Notes: a model not told the origin generated them from the sequence alone. Counted from the stretch's first letter, positions 6,698 through 16,756 are shown. The stretch: 64,000 nucleotides of DNA from Alphaproteobacteria bacterium (GCA_965232465.1 OZ246977.1:2502135-2566134); one strand, 5' to 3'. Numbers and translations are program-made.

Positions 6698-8662
6698 TTA
6701 ATAAAATTGTAAAAAACGGCGTTTTAACGATTTTAAATTCCAATATTTTTTATACAACCGTAAGCATATATACAACACAATTTTTCCCATAATACCTTTA
6801 ACCCAAAACGGTTTTTTAAAATCCTGTGTTTCCATAAGATTGCGTAGTTGCACCCCGATGTTTTCCATACTTTGCCGGCGGATATATGGGCTGTCGACAA
6901 AGGGATTGTCCAATATATACGATTGGTATAATTCTGGATCCTTATCCACTTGTGCAATATATGCCATAGCCTGTTCAAAACTATCAAAATCTTTTACATT
7001 AATAAACGCCTCAGCCTTGATATAATTATAAATGTTATCGCCCCCCCAATATATGGGAATTGCCCCCGCCCGCAACGCCATAAATGCTTTTTCAGAAAAA
7101 CTGTAATAGTCCTTATTATTTTCAATACACAAAGAAAACCGATACTGTTCAATGATATGATGCATGTCCATATCAGCAGTAATAGTCCCTTTTTCGGTTT
7201 TTAAGGTGCTGATATTACGGTACTGTCGCCCCCATGAATGCACTGTATTATAAAATTGTTTTTGCATTTTTTTATACAATCGGTTGCGCACGCCCGCATA
7301 TTTATTGCCATACATAAATATGCAAAAATGGCGTTTTTGGTGCGGGTATCGGGACACAAAATCAGGATTTTTTCCATCGAGAAAATTAAATAAGTCATCG
7401 CCCACAAATAACAAATGCCATAATATATCATGGTGATCGAAATTGCTTATCATAATATCGGTAAAGGGCAAACGGGGGATAAAATGCTCGCCCCCCACCA
7501 ATACCCTAATACAATCATATTTGTACATATCATTGCTTGTAATATCATAAAACGCAATATCAGGATTGTCATTTACCCACTGTATAGTATACAATTTTCC
7601 CAACATCAACAGGGCAACATCTGTATGGCCATGATGACTTAACACCCGCAATGTCTTACGCTTGCAAGCCATTGGGCAAGCCATTGGGATAGCATACTGT
7701 GTAAAAATATGGTGTAATATACTATCTTGATAACAGTTGGGATAATATGTCAATTTATGTATATTATTTTTATGGGTGATTTTATGCCACAAATCGTCTG
7801 AGTATGGGGTGTGTATATGTGCGGACAATAAAGTGGGGTAAATATCGTCCATAATTTCACAATTATCATACCCATCAATAATCTCATGAAATAAAATTTG
7901 AAATAAAAAATAGTGCTTAAAATTTTTCTCATTTTTCCAATAATTACACAGGATTTGTACCAATTTTTCCATAACCTCATTATGCGGTTTGGCAACAATA
8001 AAACTGTTTAGCAATCGTACTTTAAAATCCTTATCCCATGAAAAATACTCTGGATTAAACTTGTGCCAATATTTATAATCCGCAGGCTTTTCCCCCCGTT
8101 GAAACATAAAAAAATCTTTGTCAAGCAACGTATTTGGAATTTTATCCGATAAATAAAGGGTCGCATCACACCATACCCCCCCATATGCGGACAACAAACA
8201 CACCCGCAATATATCAGAAAAAAAAGTATAGGTAAAATGACGATTATTATACAGTTTATCATATATAAAATCCGGCAGGTCAATATAATCGGCGATGGTA
8301 TCGTTGGTTAAAACGATGACTTCGTACTCCCCCCTGTGTTGGTGTACACTTGCCATACATGCCCGTACAATATGAGGGGTGTTTTTATCAATCCCCTGCC
8401 CCCAATATTGCCAAATGATTTTTTTGTGTTGTAAATCTTGTTGCACAGGTATATCAAAGTGTTGTATATCCTTTTGAATATATTTTCGCTGTAAATATCG
8501 TGCCACCTTTTGCTGATCGGGTATAATTTTTGCCCACCGATATTTTTGTTTTATCTTTTTGCGTACACGCTTAATGGGCATCATTTTATACAGTATAAAC
8601 AACAGGTATATATACATTACCAGCCCCCAAATCTTTTGCGTTTTGACATGACTGTTTTCCAA
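6698..8662 (-). CDS. Bifunctional glycosyltransferase: N-terminal GT32-like (Gly_transf_sug, DXD) domain plus C-terminal GT10 alpha-1,3/4-fucosyltransferase-like domain.
   Basis: The N-half FSDILRVCLLSAYGGVWCDATLYL matches the GT32/OCH1-like motif (sDllRyxxLyxyGGiYxDxD). The C-half CIENNKDYYSFSEKAFMALRAGAIPIYWG matches the GT10 motif (FENS...YVTEK...A...PIYWG). The true start may be Met16 at 8617, which would remove the 46-bp overlap with the upstream gene. Confidence 0.65.
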   Translation of the reverse strand: MENSHVKTQKIWGLVMYIYLLFILYKMMPIKRVRKKIKQKYRWAKIIPDQQKVARYLQRKYIQKDIQHFDIPVQQDLQHKKIIWQYWGQGIDKNTPHIVRACMASVHQHRGEYEVIVLTNDTIADYIDLPDFIYDKLYNNRHFTYTFFSDILRVCLLSAYGGVWCDATLYLSDKIPNTLLDKDFFMFQRGEKPADYKYWHKFNPEYFSWDKDFKVRLLNSFIVAKPHNEVMEKLVQILCNYWKNEKNFKHYFLFQILFHEIIDGYDNCEIMDDIYPTLLSAHIHTPYSDDLWHKITHKNNIHKLTYYPNCYQDSILHHIFTQYAIPMACPMACKRKTLRVLSHHGHTDVALLMLGKLYTIQWVNDNPDIAFYDITSNDMYKYDCIRVLVGGEHFIPRLPFTDIMISNFDHHDILWHLLFVGDDLFNFLDGKNPDFVSRYPHQKRHFCIFMYGNKYAGVRNRLYKKMQKQFYNTVHSWGRQYRNISTLKTEKGTITADMDMHHIIEQYRFSLCIENNKDYYSFSEKAFMALRAGAIPIYWGGDNIYNYIKAEAFINVKDFDSFEQAMAYIAQVDKDPELYQSYILDNPFVDSPYIRRQSMENIGVQLRNLMETQDFKKPFWVKGIMGKIVLYICLRLYKKYWNLKSLKRRFLQFY

Positions 8663-9636
8663 AATTTATGATACCCAAATCGTAATATTTTATGAACAAC
8701 AGGCGTACGGCACAAAGTCCTTACAAGCGGACGCTGTTTTGGAGTATAAGGGGCAATATCATTTTCTATGAACTGTTGCAGTCGCATTCTATTGCGTGCA
8801 ACTTTATCCGATACATCGGATACATATGGGTTGGCATTTCTGTATTTTTGATATAAATGCACATCCGTATCGACTTGTAACACATACGCCACTAAGTCAG
8901 CGATAGTATCAAAATCACGGGCGTCAATATACGCATCTTTATTGACAAAAGTATCAATATCTGACGGTCCCCAATAAATCGGCACACTGCCCACCTCCAA
9001 TGCTTGAATAACTTTTTCTGAAAAACTGTAGGGGCGTAGTCCATTTTCCATGGCAATGGTAAACTTATAATGCCGTAGAGTATACAATTTCTCCATTGCC
9101 CTTAAATCCAAACCCTGATCTTGGTATTTGTGTAAATCCTTTGGCATGTCCGGTATGTCATACATATCCATATTTTTCATAACCGAACCCAAGCTGTCCA
9201 CTTTTTTACGCTGATTTAAAGCCAGAAAAAAGGCATTTCTAAATTTTGTATATTGATTTCCATACATAAAATTACAAAATCTTGTCTTCGGGTATTGTAT
9301 AAAATGTTGCTTATCCAAACCCACCTTAGACAATTTATTGTGCACATCGATAAATAAAAATCCTGCCATCATTTCCAAACTATGAAAAATATTTTTTTGG
9401 GATTTTTTACCATATATAATGGCAAAATCTGCTTGCCACACATTAGGATAAAAATGTTCTGAGGCTATGAAAATATAAATTTTATCTCGGTAAAAAAAGG
9501 GTATATTGTCAAAAGGTCCAAAAAAAACAATATGTGCATCTTGATATGTGTCTGCTAATACAAAGTGTTTTTGTAACACATTGTTTAAGAAAAAATATTG
9601 TCCCTTGCGATAGTTGTATAAAAAATACCTTTTCAT
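8617..9636 (-). CDS. GT10 family alpha-1,3/4-fucosyltransferase-like glycosyltransferase.
   Basis: C-terminal FTIAMENGLRPYSFSEKVIQALEVGSVPIYWG matches the GT10 catalytic/donor-binding motif. Confidence 0.65.
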   Translation of the reverse strand: MKRYFLYNYRKGQYFFLNNVLQKHFVLADTYQDAHIVFFGPFDNIPFFYRDKIYIFIASEHFYPNVWQADFAIIYGKKSQKNIFHSLEMMAGFLFIDVHNKLSKVGLDKQHFIQYPKTRFCNFMYGNQYTKFRNAFFLALNQRKKVDSLGSVMKNMDMYDIPDMPKDLHKYQDQGLDLRAMEKLYTLRHYKFTIAMENGLRPYSFSEKVIQALEVGSVPIYWGPSDIDTFVNKDAYIDARDFDTIADLVAYVLQVDTDVHLYQKYRNANPYVSDVSDKVARNRMRLQQFIENDIAPYTPKQRPLVRTLCRTPVVHKILRFGYHKFWKTVMSKRKRFGGW

Positions 9637-9732
9637 ATGTATAATAATCCTTTATGTGCATTGACACTTGTACAATAAAACAATATACTGAATGGCACTA
9701 TAACACAGTACAAGGTAAAAAGGATATTTTTT

Positions 9733-10491
9733 ATGAAAGTGGCGGTTTGTTTATTTGGACATTTGCGAACATACAAAAAATGTTATAAGTCGATTATAAA
9801 AAATATTATTCACCCGAATAATGCCGATGTGTTTATGCATACTTGGGATACACTGGAATCAGAAACCGCCACATGGCATAATAAAAAAACCAAAAACCGC
9901 CCCATTAGCCCACAAGAACAACATACCATTCAACGCATATACACCACTCAGGGGTTCGTCTGTGAAAAACAAATACAGCCAAAAACCACACCTGTACCGG
10001 ATGATTGTCCGAACCTTAACGCAGGGGGATTTATCGCAGGTAAAAATATTTGTAAATCCATGCGTACCAGTGTGCAACTGGCCCAAGCACACAATACATA
10101 CGACATCATTATTTTGGTTCGCAATGATTTATACATTAAAAATAAACTTATTGTCGACATTACAAAAAAACATCTATTGATGTTTTGTGGCCGTCATGAA
10201 ACCGGGGATAAAAACCATTACTTAGGATACCATTGTATTGACTTATTGTTGTATACGAGCCCCGCCATGTTAAACAAATTTCTGTCTTATTTCCCAGAAG
10301 ATAAAAATGACATACAGCACTTAACAAACGGTCCCAGTTCATGGTATATATACATGGATAAGGTTATAAATAGTGTACCCGTACCAAATACGGATTTTAA
10401 TTACATACACGATTACTATATCAAGCGAAAACCCATCGGATTATACCAACAAATACGCCAAAAATACCGTGAACTTAAAGGGCGAGTATAA
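9733..10491 (+). CDS. Hypothetical protein within the glycan locus (possible uncharacterised glycosyltransferase).
   Basis: 252-aa ORF with good coding appearance, on the opposite strand to flanking GT genes. No recognisable motif. Confidence 0.35.
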   Translation: MKVAVCLFGHLRTYKKCYKSIIKNIIHPNNADVFMHTWDTLESETATWHNKKTKNRPISPQEQHTIQRIYTTQGFVCEKQIQPKTTPVPDDCPNLNAGGFIAGKNICKSMRTSVQLAQAHNTYDIIILVRNDLYIKNKLIVDITKKHLLMFCGRHETGDKNHYLGYHCIDLLLYTSPAMLNKFLSYFPEDKNDIQHLTNGPSSWYIYMDKVINSVPVPNTDFNYIHDYYIKRKPIGLYQQIRQKYRELKGRV

Positions 10492-10513
10492 ATGTAATAC
10501 CATATGGCACAAT

Positions 10514-11344
10514 TTAATGCCCATGAAAATTTTTGCTGATGTATACTGTATAAAAGTATTTTAAGGATTGTTCTGTATTTTTCCCCATAGTTTTTATATG
10601 AAATACCTTGTACATAATCCAGCCAAATATATAATATGGTGTTAAGATAATTTTTCCTACCGCCCGTAAAGTTTGTCGATACTGTTTTTTGTTGTTATTG
10701 CTAATGGTATTTTTACGCATGCTTTCTATTGCAGAATCATGCATAGTCAAAGGCGGTTGCTGAATAAGCTTTGGGGATGTAAAAACCGCATATGTATTGA
10801 CATCCAAGGGCCAATCCGCCATATGCACAATGGGGGTGTTTTGTATTCTTAACATATTTGCCATATGGATATTGATATAATATCCCCCTGTACAATACGC
10901 TTCGCCAACGGACGTATACAGACGGTACTTTTTATATAATTTTTCACCTGTATCAAAGATACTCTTTCGTACCCGAAAGTGATTAAAGATTATAAAACTG
11001 TGGGGGCTTTTTTGTAGTATTTTTCGTCGGATAATAGGGTCAAACGCATCGTCTATGATGGCATCATCTTCCAGTATGACACAATCTGTGATATTTTCAT
11101 CGACAATTTTTTGATATACCAATACATGTGACAACGCACAGCATATTTCCACATCGTGCATATCCCGTCCCACATTTTTACGGGCGGTTTTTGTGTCCAC
11201 CATATGGGTATAACATTCGGGAATACCCTGTCGTCCATCCACTGCGTCAAAAAATTCAAAATCCAACCCCAAGGCACTGAGCCTGTTACGAATAGAGTTA
11301 CGCCTGTTATGTGCATCAGACAGGCTAATGACAAAAATTTTCAC
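10514..11344 (-). CDS. GT25 family LPS/LOS glycosyltransferase (LgtB/Lic2A-like beta-1,4-galactosyltransferase family).
   Basis: The N-terminus KIFVISLSDAHNRRNSIRNRLSALGLDFEFFDAVDG is the typical GT25 start (IxVINLxxSxxRR...L...Gi.fEfFdAVdG). Confidence 0.75.
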   Translation of the reverse strand: MKIFVISLSDAHNRRNSIRNRLSALGLDFEFFDAVDGRQGIPECYTHMVDTKTARKNVGRDMHDVEICCALSHVLVYQKIVDENITDCVILEDDAIIDDAFDPIIRRKILQKSPHSFIIFNHFRVRKSIFDTGEKLYKKYRLYTSVGEAYCTGGYYINIHMANMLRIQNTPIVHMADWPLDVNTYAVFTSPKLIQQPPLTMHDSAIESMRKNTISNNNKKQYRQTLRAVGKIILTPYYIFGWIMYKVFHIKTMGKNTEQSLKYFYTVYISKNFHGH

Positions 11345-12130
11345 CTATTCGCCCTCGACTGTGGGCGACACAACCACAGAAAACGGTTTTTTCAATTTAT
11401 AACGCAGTGTATAAGACACACCGAGTCTGCCAAAAAATGATCCCGCAAAGCGTTTACGAATATGGTGTTTTCGCATGTTTTCTATTTGTGATTGGCTCAG
11501 GCTGGGGTGGGTGATAAGCCGGGGCGTAACCACTTGGGCGGGTATGGCGGTAATATCCGTAAACCAATCGGACACATAGGATATGGGGAATACTGTATGG
11601 GCAAATTGCGTAGCGGTGGGCAAATCCACATAATACCCTACCGCCCCAGCACAGTTGTTTATAACAGGGGCAATACTATACCCCCCCCATAAGGGATGTT
11701 GTTGTGATGGGATAATGCGGGCATACAGGTGGTATAACAACACAAACCCTGCCGTATGGTTTGGCAAAATATCCTGCTTAATGATGTGGACAAAATCCAT
11801 ATCACACAAAAAATCATCTTCCAAAATAATGCTGTGGGCGATATTTTCTGTTACAATCTTTTCGTATAACAACGCATGGCTTAACGCACAACACATTTCC
11901 ACATCTGATACCATGCGCCGTAAGTTCTTGTCCATAGCCGGGCGATCAATCCGCTGTATATACGCATCGGGCACCCCCTGTGTACCATCCACCGCATCAA
12001 AAAATTCAAATTCCAGCCCCAACTTTTGCATCTTTTCAAGTACCACCCGACGGCGTTTAGTGGCATCACGCAAAGATATGATATATATTTTTATATCAGG
12101 CATGGTCATATCATTTCTTGTCATCGTCAT
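11345..12130 (-). CDS. GT25 family LPS/LOS glycosyltransferase, tandem paralog. Contains a G8/C8 tract at 11691-11698.
   Basis: KIYIISLRDATKRRRVVLEKMQKLGLEFEFFDAVDG is the same GT25 N-terminal signature. Confidence 0.75.
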   Translation of the reverse strand: MTMTRNDMTMPDIKIYIISLRDATKRRRVVLEKMQKLGLEFEFFDAVDGTQGVPDAYIQRIDRPAMDKNLRRMVSDVEMCCALSHALLYEKIVTENIAHSIILEDDFLCDMDFVHIIKQDILPNHTAGFVLLYHLYARIIPSQQHPLWGGYSIAPVINNCAGAVGYYVDLPTATQFAHTVFPISYVSDWFTDITAIPAQVVTPRLITHPSLSQSQIENMRKHHIRKRFAGSFFGRLGVSYTLRYKLKKPFSVVVSPTVEGE

Positions 12131-12351
12131 ATGTACTCTGTTACTTTACATATAGGCTGTAGAGTATTTTGATTTATGTATTTTTCCATACATTATATGG
12201 TACCACATATAAATCGTTTTGTCTATTATTAAACCGTGACCAAGCCATCAAAATAGACCCTAATCACGCCGACACCTATTGACCTGCCCCCTATAAATAG
12301 GTCCAAAATTAAGTTAGTATTGATTTATCTAAATTATGAAAGGATTTTAAG

Positions 12352-12636
12352 ATGTCAAAGAATAGGAAAGCCCGCAGTATAGAACAAATTATCCATATAT
12401 TACGGGATGCAGAGATTAAGTTATCGTCAGGTATGACAGTCAGTGTTATGTGCCGTGATTTAGGTATATCGGATGCGACTTATTACAAGTGGCGCAAACA
12501 ATATGGTGGTATGGATGTTAATCATGCCAAAGATTTAAAAGCATTATTGGATGAGAATACCCGTTTAAAGAAGCTTGTTGCTGATTTGAGTTTAGACAAT
12601 CAAATCTTAAAGGAATTTAACTCGGGAAAGTGGTAG
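12352..12636 (+). CDS. IS3-family transposase OrfA (HTH and leucine-zipper).
   Basis: 94-aa product with ...[14 protein letters not shown]...[17 protein letters not shown], typical of IS3 OrfA. A GGGAAAG slippery heptamer at 12624-12630 precedes the stop. Confidence 0.8.
   Translation: MSKNRKARSIEQIIHILRDAEIKLSSGMTVSVMCRDLGISDATYYKWRKQYGGMDVNHAKDLKALLDENTRLKKLVADLSLDNQILKEFNSGKW
12624..12630 (+). promoter_or_regulatory. Putative -1 programmed ribosomal frameshift heptamer G_GGA_AAG joining IS3 orfA to orfB.
   Basis: X_XXY_YYZ pattern in the orfA frame, 4 nt before the orfA stop. orfB frame open from 12621. A G7 run follows at 12643-12649. Confidence 0.45.
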
Positions 12637-13505
12637 GTGATGGGGGGGTAAAAAGCTTTATTGGCAAAGCCAAGTCTTTTTACAATGTATCAGAACGGCG
12701 ATTATGTAGTTTATTCAGGACACATCGCTCTACGGTTCGTTATGTGAAACGAGATGTTGATGAGGAAAGCCGTTTAATATCAGATATGCACCGTCTAGCA
12801 CAAAAATACCCTAGATATGGTTATCGGCGGATATGTGCCTTATTAAAAGGTTATGGTTGGTGTGTAAACCATAAGCGGATTGAACGGCTTTGGAAACAGG
12901 AGGGATTACAAGTGCCACAGAAAATACCCAAACCCCGTAGTTCAAATGCTGGTGATGGGAGCTGTATTAAACTTCGTCCTGAGTATCAAAATCATGTATG
13001 GAGTTATGACTTTGTGCATGACAAGCTGAGAAATGGTAAAGGCATTAAAATATTAACGGTTATAGATGAACATAGCCGAGAATGCTTAACCATTGATGTG
13101 CGGCATAAACTGAACAGTACGGATGTATTGGATATTATGGGCAGGTTGTTTATCACAAAAGGTATGCCTAAGCATATCCGTTCTGACAATGGATCTGAAT
13201 TTATAGCCCATAGGCTACAAGGTTGGTTGAAGCGTATGCAGGTGGGTACAGCATACATTGATAAGGGCAGTCCATGGCAGAACGGTTATAATGAAAGTTT
13301 TAATGGTAAACTTCGGGACGAGTGCTTGAACAGGGAGATATTTGATACTTTAACTGAGGCACAAGCCATTATAGAAAACTGGCGGTATGAATACAATCAT
13401 ATCCGTCCACATAGTGCGTTAGGGTACAATCCACCAGTGCCAAAAATGCAACCCATTGTCAATGATATCCGTCATTCCGCTACGCTACATGACAAATATC
13501 ATTGA
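12630..13505 (+). CDS. IS3-family transposase OrfB (DDE integrase core), expressed by a -1 frameshift fusion with OrfA.
   Basis: [12 protein letters not shown]...[13 protein letters not shown]...[13 protein letters not shown]...[22 protein letters not shown] is a classic rve/DDE integrase signature. It is in the -1 frame relative to orfA and is open from 12621. Confidence 0.85.
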   Translation: MVGDGGVKSFIGKAKSFYNVSERRLCSLFRTHRSTVRYVKRDVDEESRLISDMHRLAQKYPRYGYRRICALLKGYGWCVNHKRIERLWKQEGLQVPQKIPKPRSSNAGDGSCIKLRPEYQNHVWSYDFVHDKLRNGKGIKILTVIDEHSRECLTIDVRHKLNSTDVLDIMGRLFITKGMPKHIRSDNGSEFIAHRLQGWLKRMQVGTAYIDKGSPWQNGYNESFNGKLRDECLNREIFDTLTEAQAIIENWRYEYNHIRPHSALGYNPPVPKMQPIVNDIRHSATLHDKYH

Positions 13506-13547
13506 CAATAGAGAAAAAAAGTACTAACCTAAAAATGGACCAAATCA

Positions 13548-14173
13548 GTGGGGCTGGTCACCCCTTGGCGTGACTTACCGCCTGATTTAGGGGATTGGAG
13601 TAACACGCACCGTCGTTTTATCCGCTGGCGTGATAAGGGGATATGGGAAAAGTTGTTGGAAATTTTAGTTACAGATCCGGATTATGAATGGTTAATAATA
13701 GACGCTAGTCATTGTAAGGTGCATCCTCATGCATCTGGTGCACTAGGCGGTAATCAAGATATGAGCCGCACAAAAGGGGGCTCAACACGAAGATACATTT
13801 GGCCGTGGATGCGCATGGTATGCCGGTCAGAATACTTATTACGAACGGTACCACAGCTGATTGCACACAAGCAGGCAGATTGATTGAAGGCATCAGTGCA
13901 GAGTATTTGTTGGCAGATAAGGGATATGATAGTGAGCATATCATACACCTAGCAAAACAACAAGGTATAGAGCCTGTTATTCCCCCAAGAAAGAATCGCA
14001 AAGAACAAAGGGAGTATGATGAACACCTGTATCATTGGCGGTGCTTAGTGGAAAATGCGTTTCTACACCTAAAACGATGGCGTGGTATTGCAACAAGATA
14101 CGCTAAAAACACCACTTCATTTCTCGCCGCTGTACAAATCAGATGCATCGCATTATGGACAAAAATCTCGTGA
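13548..14173 (+). pseudogene. IS5-family (IS427-group-like) transposase remnant. It is N-terminally truncated by the IS3 insertion and split across two frames (13548-13883 and 13799-14173).
   Basis: WRDLPPDLGDWSNTHRRFIRWRDKGIWEKLLEIL and LADKGYDSE...IPPRKNRK...VENAFLHLKRWRGIATRYAK match IS5/DDE_Tnp_1 family segments. The start abuts the IS3 IRR. The first ~60 aa of a full-length protein are missing. Confidence 0.65.
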
Positions 14174-14180
14174 CTACACT

Positions 14181-14256
14181 ATCTAGCTGCCCCCTATAAA
14201 TTGATCCAAAATTAAGTTAGTATAATTTATATGTAAATTAAGAAAGGATTATAAGA
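14181..14256 (+). repeat. Degenerate second copy of the IS3 left end (IRL plus orfA ribosome-binding region).
   Basis: CTGCCCCCTATAAATTGATCCAAAATTAAGTTAGTAT...GAAAGGATTATAAGATTTG is a direct repeat of 12283-12355 (about 85% identity by eye). Confidence 0.6.
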
Positions 14257-14293
14257 TTTGGCTATTGTGGCAAAACCCCATTGCCTGCCCATG

Positions 14294-15052
14294 TTACAGC
14301 TGTTTACAATCCAAATACTGCTGCATTGTATGACATTCAAAGGTGCCATTAGCTGTTTTTAGCATAGCACCTTTAAGCGGTGGAAAGTACATGGCACGAA
14401 TAAAGCGGGCAACTGTACCATCGTCCCAATGCGGGTTAATGATACCCTCATATGGCAATTTATTCATATAGTATGTGCCTTTTGTAACCCTATTATCAAA
14501 TCGGGTATTATTTTCACAAGCCTGTATCACCTGTCCAATTTTTGCCAACCCTTGTGAAAAAATTTCATAGTACAATTGCTGGGCGTTTTTATCGGCAATC
14601 TCAATATCGCCTCGTAATAAAATATCCCCTGCATCAATCTTTTTATCCATGATATGCCAAGTGTATCCCACATATTTTTCTTGATGTATAATCGACCAAC
14701 ATGTGGAAAAACATCCTTGATAATAAGGCAACCGCCCAGGATGAAAATTGATATTTTCCTTGTGGGCATATTGCAATGCTTGTGGTGATAATATGCGATG
14801 CCACGACACACTTAAAATGTAATCGTACGAAGTCTGTGCCAAAATATCTTCGTATGCCCCTTGTTTTGGGCGTAAAACATACCCAACACCAATATATTTT
14901 AAAAATTCTACATAAGGACGGTTGGTGGGCTGATCGCTGAATGATATGCACAAAATATCTTGTAACGACACGCCATTTGCCAACAGCTGCCACAAACTGA
15001 ATATAGCCTGCGACCCTTGTGACAACAAAACAAATTTATAGTGTGTATTCAT
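14294..15052 (-). CDS. Formyltransferase-domain protein (sugar N-formyltransferase / Fmt-like).
   Basis: NFHPGRLPYYQG corresponds to the formyl_trans_N active-site region (N.HxSLLPxxRG). Located within the glycan locus. Confidence 0.6.
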   Translation of the reverse strand: MNTHYKFVLLSQGSQAIFSLWQLLANGVSLQDILCISFSDQPTNRPYVEFLKYIGVGYVLRPKQGAYEDILAQTSYDYILSVSWHRILSPQALQYAHKENINFHPGRLPYYQGCFSTCWSIIHQEKYVGYTWHIMDKKIDAGDILLRGDIEIADKNAQQLYYEIFSQGLAKIGQVIQACENNTRFDNRVTKGTYYMNKLPYEGIINPHWDDGTVARFIRAMYFPPLKGAMLKTANGTFECHTMQQYLDCKQL

Positions 15053-15339
15053 GTGGTAAAAACGATGTCGGTGATTATATAGTCAATTAAATTTAATTTG
15101 ATTGACAAAATGCGGTTGCAACCGCTTGCCACGCAGTGGCATTGTGGTGCAGAGCGGGGTGAGTGCGTGTGGTATTTTGTCATGCGAAGCATGGGTAAAT
15201 CCACATTAAACGCACGAGGGGCGTTAGCCCCTTGGACTCACGATATAACCAACGAAATAAAATGTGCAGTATAATCATGGTGAATCATTTTATACCGAAT
15301 TGACTATATCCGAATGTTGTATATGAAAATCAAATGCCA

Positions 15340-16395
15340 TTATGTCCATCTGTGAATTAAAAATTTACCAAAATGTATGCCTTTTTTCTCAATATAGGTA
15401 TATGTCCCCCAACATACTAAGGTGGTGGGTATTAAGGTTAACACCATTCCCACCAACCCATACGCCAAACCGCCATATACTTTTAATGCACTGGCAAGGG
15501 CGGCAACAAATGTCGGATGAATTAAATATATACTAAAACTTAATATGCCCATTAAACGCATAAACTTATTATCAAACAAAGGGGTTTTTGTATAGGCAAC
15601 AGACATCATAAAAATCCCATATAACACCGCCATAATGGCAAAATGAAATACACCTAGTCCCGCCTGGTCATCGACCCATAGGGTCAAGATAAATATCAGG
15701 GGCATTGCCCAATAATTATGCAATAGCTGTATACCCCGTTGTTGCATTATCAAATGATGTACATATCCCCCCACAACAAACATGACCGCTTGCCCAAAAA
15801 TAAAATATATGTGAAACGGATAGCGCAATACAGACACCATCTGATCCCACAATATGCCCACACCTGCACACACCACAACCAACCACCACTTGTGCATATA
15901 GGGTACCAACAACGGGAACAGCAAATAAAAAGTAAATTCTAAGTCAATGGTTGTGCCGGCGGGGGCGTAACTGCCCATACTATATGGGGCAAAATCGGTT
16001 AAAAATAACAATGATAATATGAACCGTACCATATCAAACGGATCATTTCCCGATACCACAGCCACCAATATAGCAACATACATCATGGGTGCCAAACGGA
16101 AAAATCGGCGGATAAGAAAATCCCGAATTTTATGGGGGGATCGCTTATAATAATGCCACATATAACACATGGTAAAGCCACTTATCACATAAAATAACTG
16201 CACCCCCCATGTACCATTGCCAAAAATCAATCCCATATGGTGCTCAGATACCAACGATATGCCTTGTTGGTTACCCAAATGCACCTTTACCCACACATGA
16301 ATCCCCACAACCAGCAAAATCGCCCATCCCCGCAAGCCATCAAGCCACCCTAAGCGTACAGCCGGGGATTGCAAAGATGTCGTGTTATGGGGCAT
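15340..16395 (-). CDS. Acyltransferase family 3 (OafA/NolL-like O-acetyltransferase) integral membrane protein.
   Basis: N-terminus RLGWLDGLRGWAILLVVGIHV is a typical acyltransferase-3 start. The rest is multi-pass hydrophobic. Confidence 0.7.
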   Translation of the reverse strand: MPHNTTSLQSPAVRLGWLDGLRGWAILLVVGIHVWVKVHLGNQQGISLVSEHHMGLIFGNGTWGVQLFYVISGFTMCYMWHYYKRSPHKIRDFLIRRFFRLAPMMYVAILVAVVSGNDPFDMVRFILSLLFLTDFAPYSMGSYAPAGTTIDLEFTFYLLFPLLVPYMHKWWLVVVCAGVGILWDQMVSVLRYPFHIYFIFGQAVMFVVGGYVHHLIMQQRGIQLLHNYWAMPLIFILTLWVDDQAGLGVFHFAIMAVLYGIFMMSVAYTKTPLFDNKFMRLMGILSFSIYLIHPTFVAALASALKVYGGLAYGLVGMVLTLIPTTLVCWGTYTYIEKKGIHFGKFLIHRWT

Positions 16396-16756
16396 CCTTC
16401 AACGCCCCCATAATCTGTGTTGTTTCCGATTGTGGTTCTGTGCCGGGAATACCGCCAAATGTGATCCATCTTGGCTGCTCACATCGGTGATAAATGCTGT
16501 TTTTGTCATTATAGTGATATATCCTTAAAAATTCATGGCATAAAAAAACCCCTGTGAATATAACAAAACCGCATCATATTTACAACAACAAAAAACTAAC
16601 GAAGCAATGGGGGATTTTTGGGTATTTCATCGCCATTATATAAACACAAACTGCCCAGTATCCAATACATGTAAAGAAAATATACCGCTGTTTTGTCGTT
16701 CCATACAGGGTTTTAAAACGGGGGGTATAGCTCATATATGTCGTTTTCACATCCCC

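Larger units (their letters stand above)
12280..13560 (+). mobile_element. IS3-family insertion sequence (about 1281 bp) with imperfect terminal inverted repeats and an orfA/orfB -1 frameshift arrangement.
   Basis: IRL TGACCTGCCCCCTATAAATAGGTCCAAAATTAAGTTAGTA at 12280. IRR reverse-complement TGACCAGCCCCACTGATTTGGTCCATTTTTAGGTTAGTAC ending at 13560. Encloses the orfA (HTH) and orfB (DDE integrase) genes. Confidence 0.8.
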
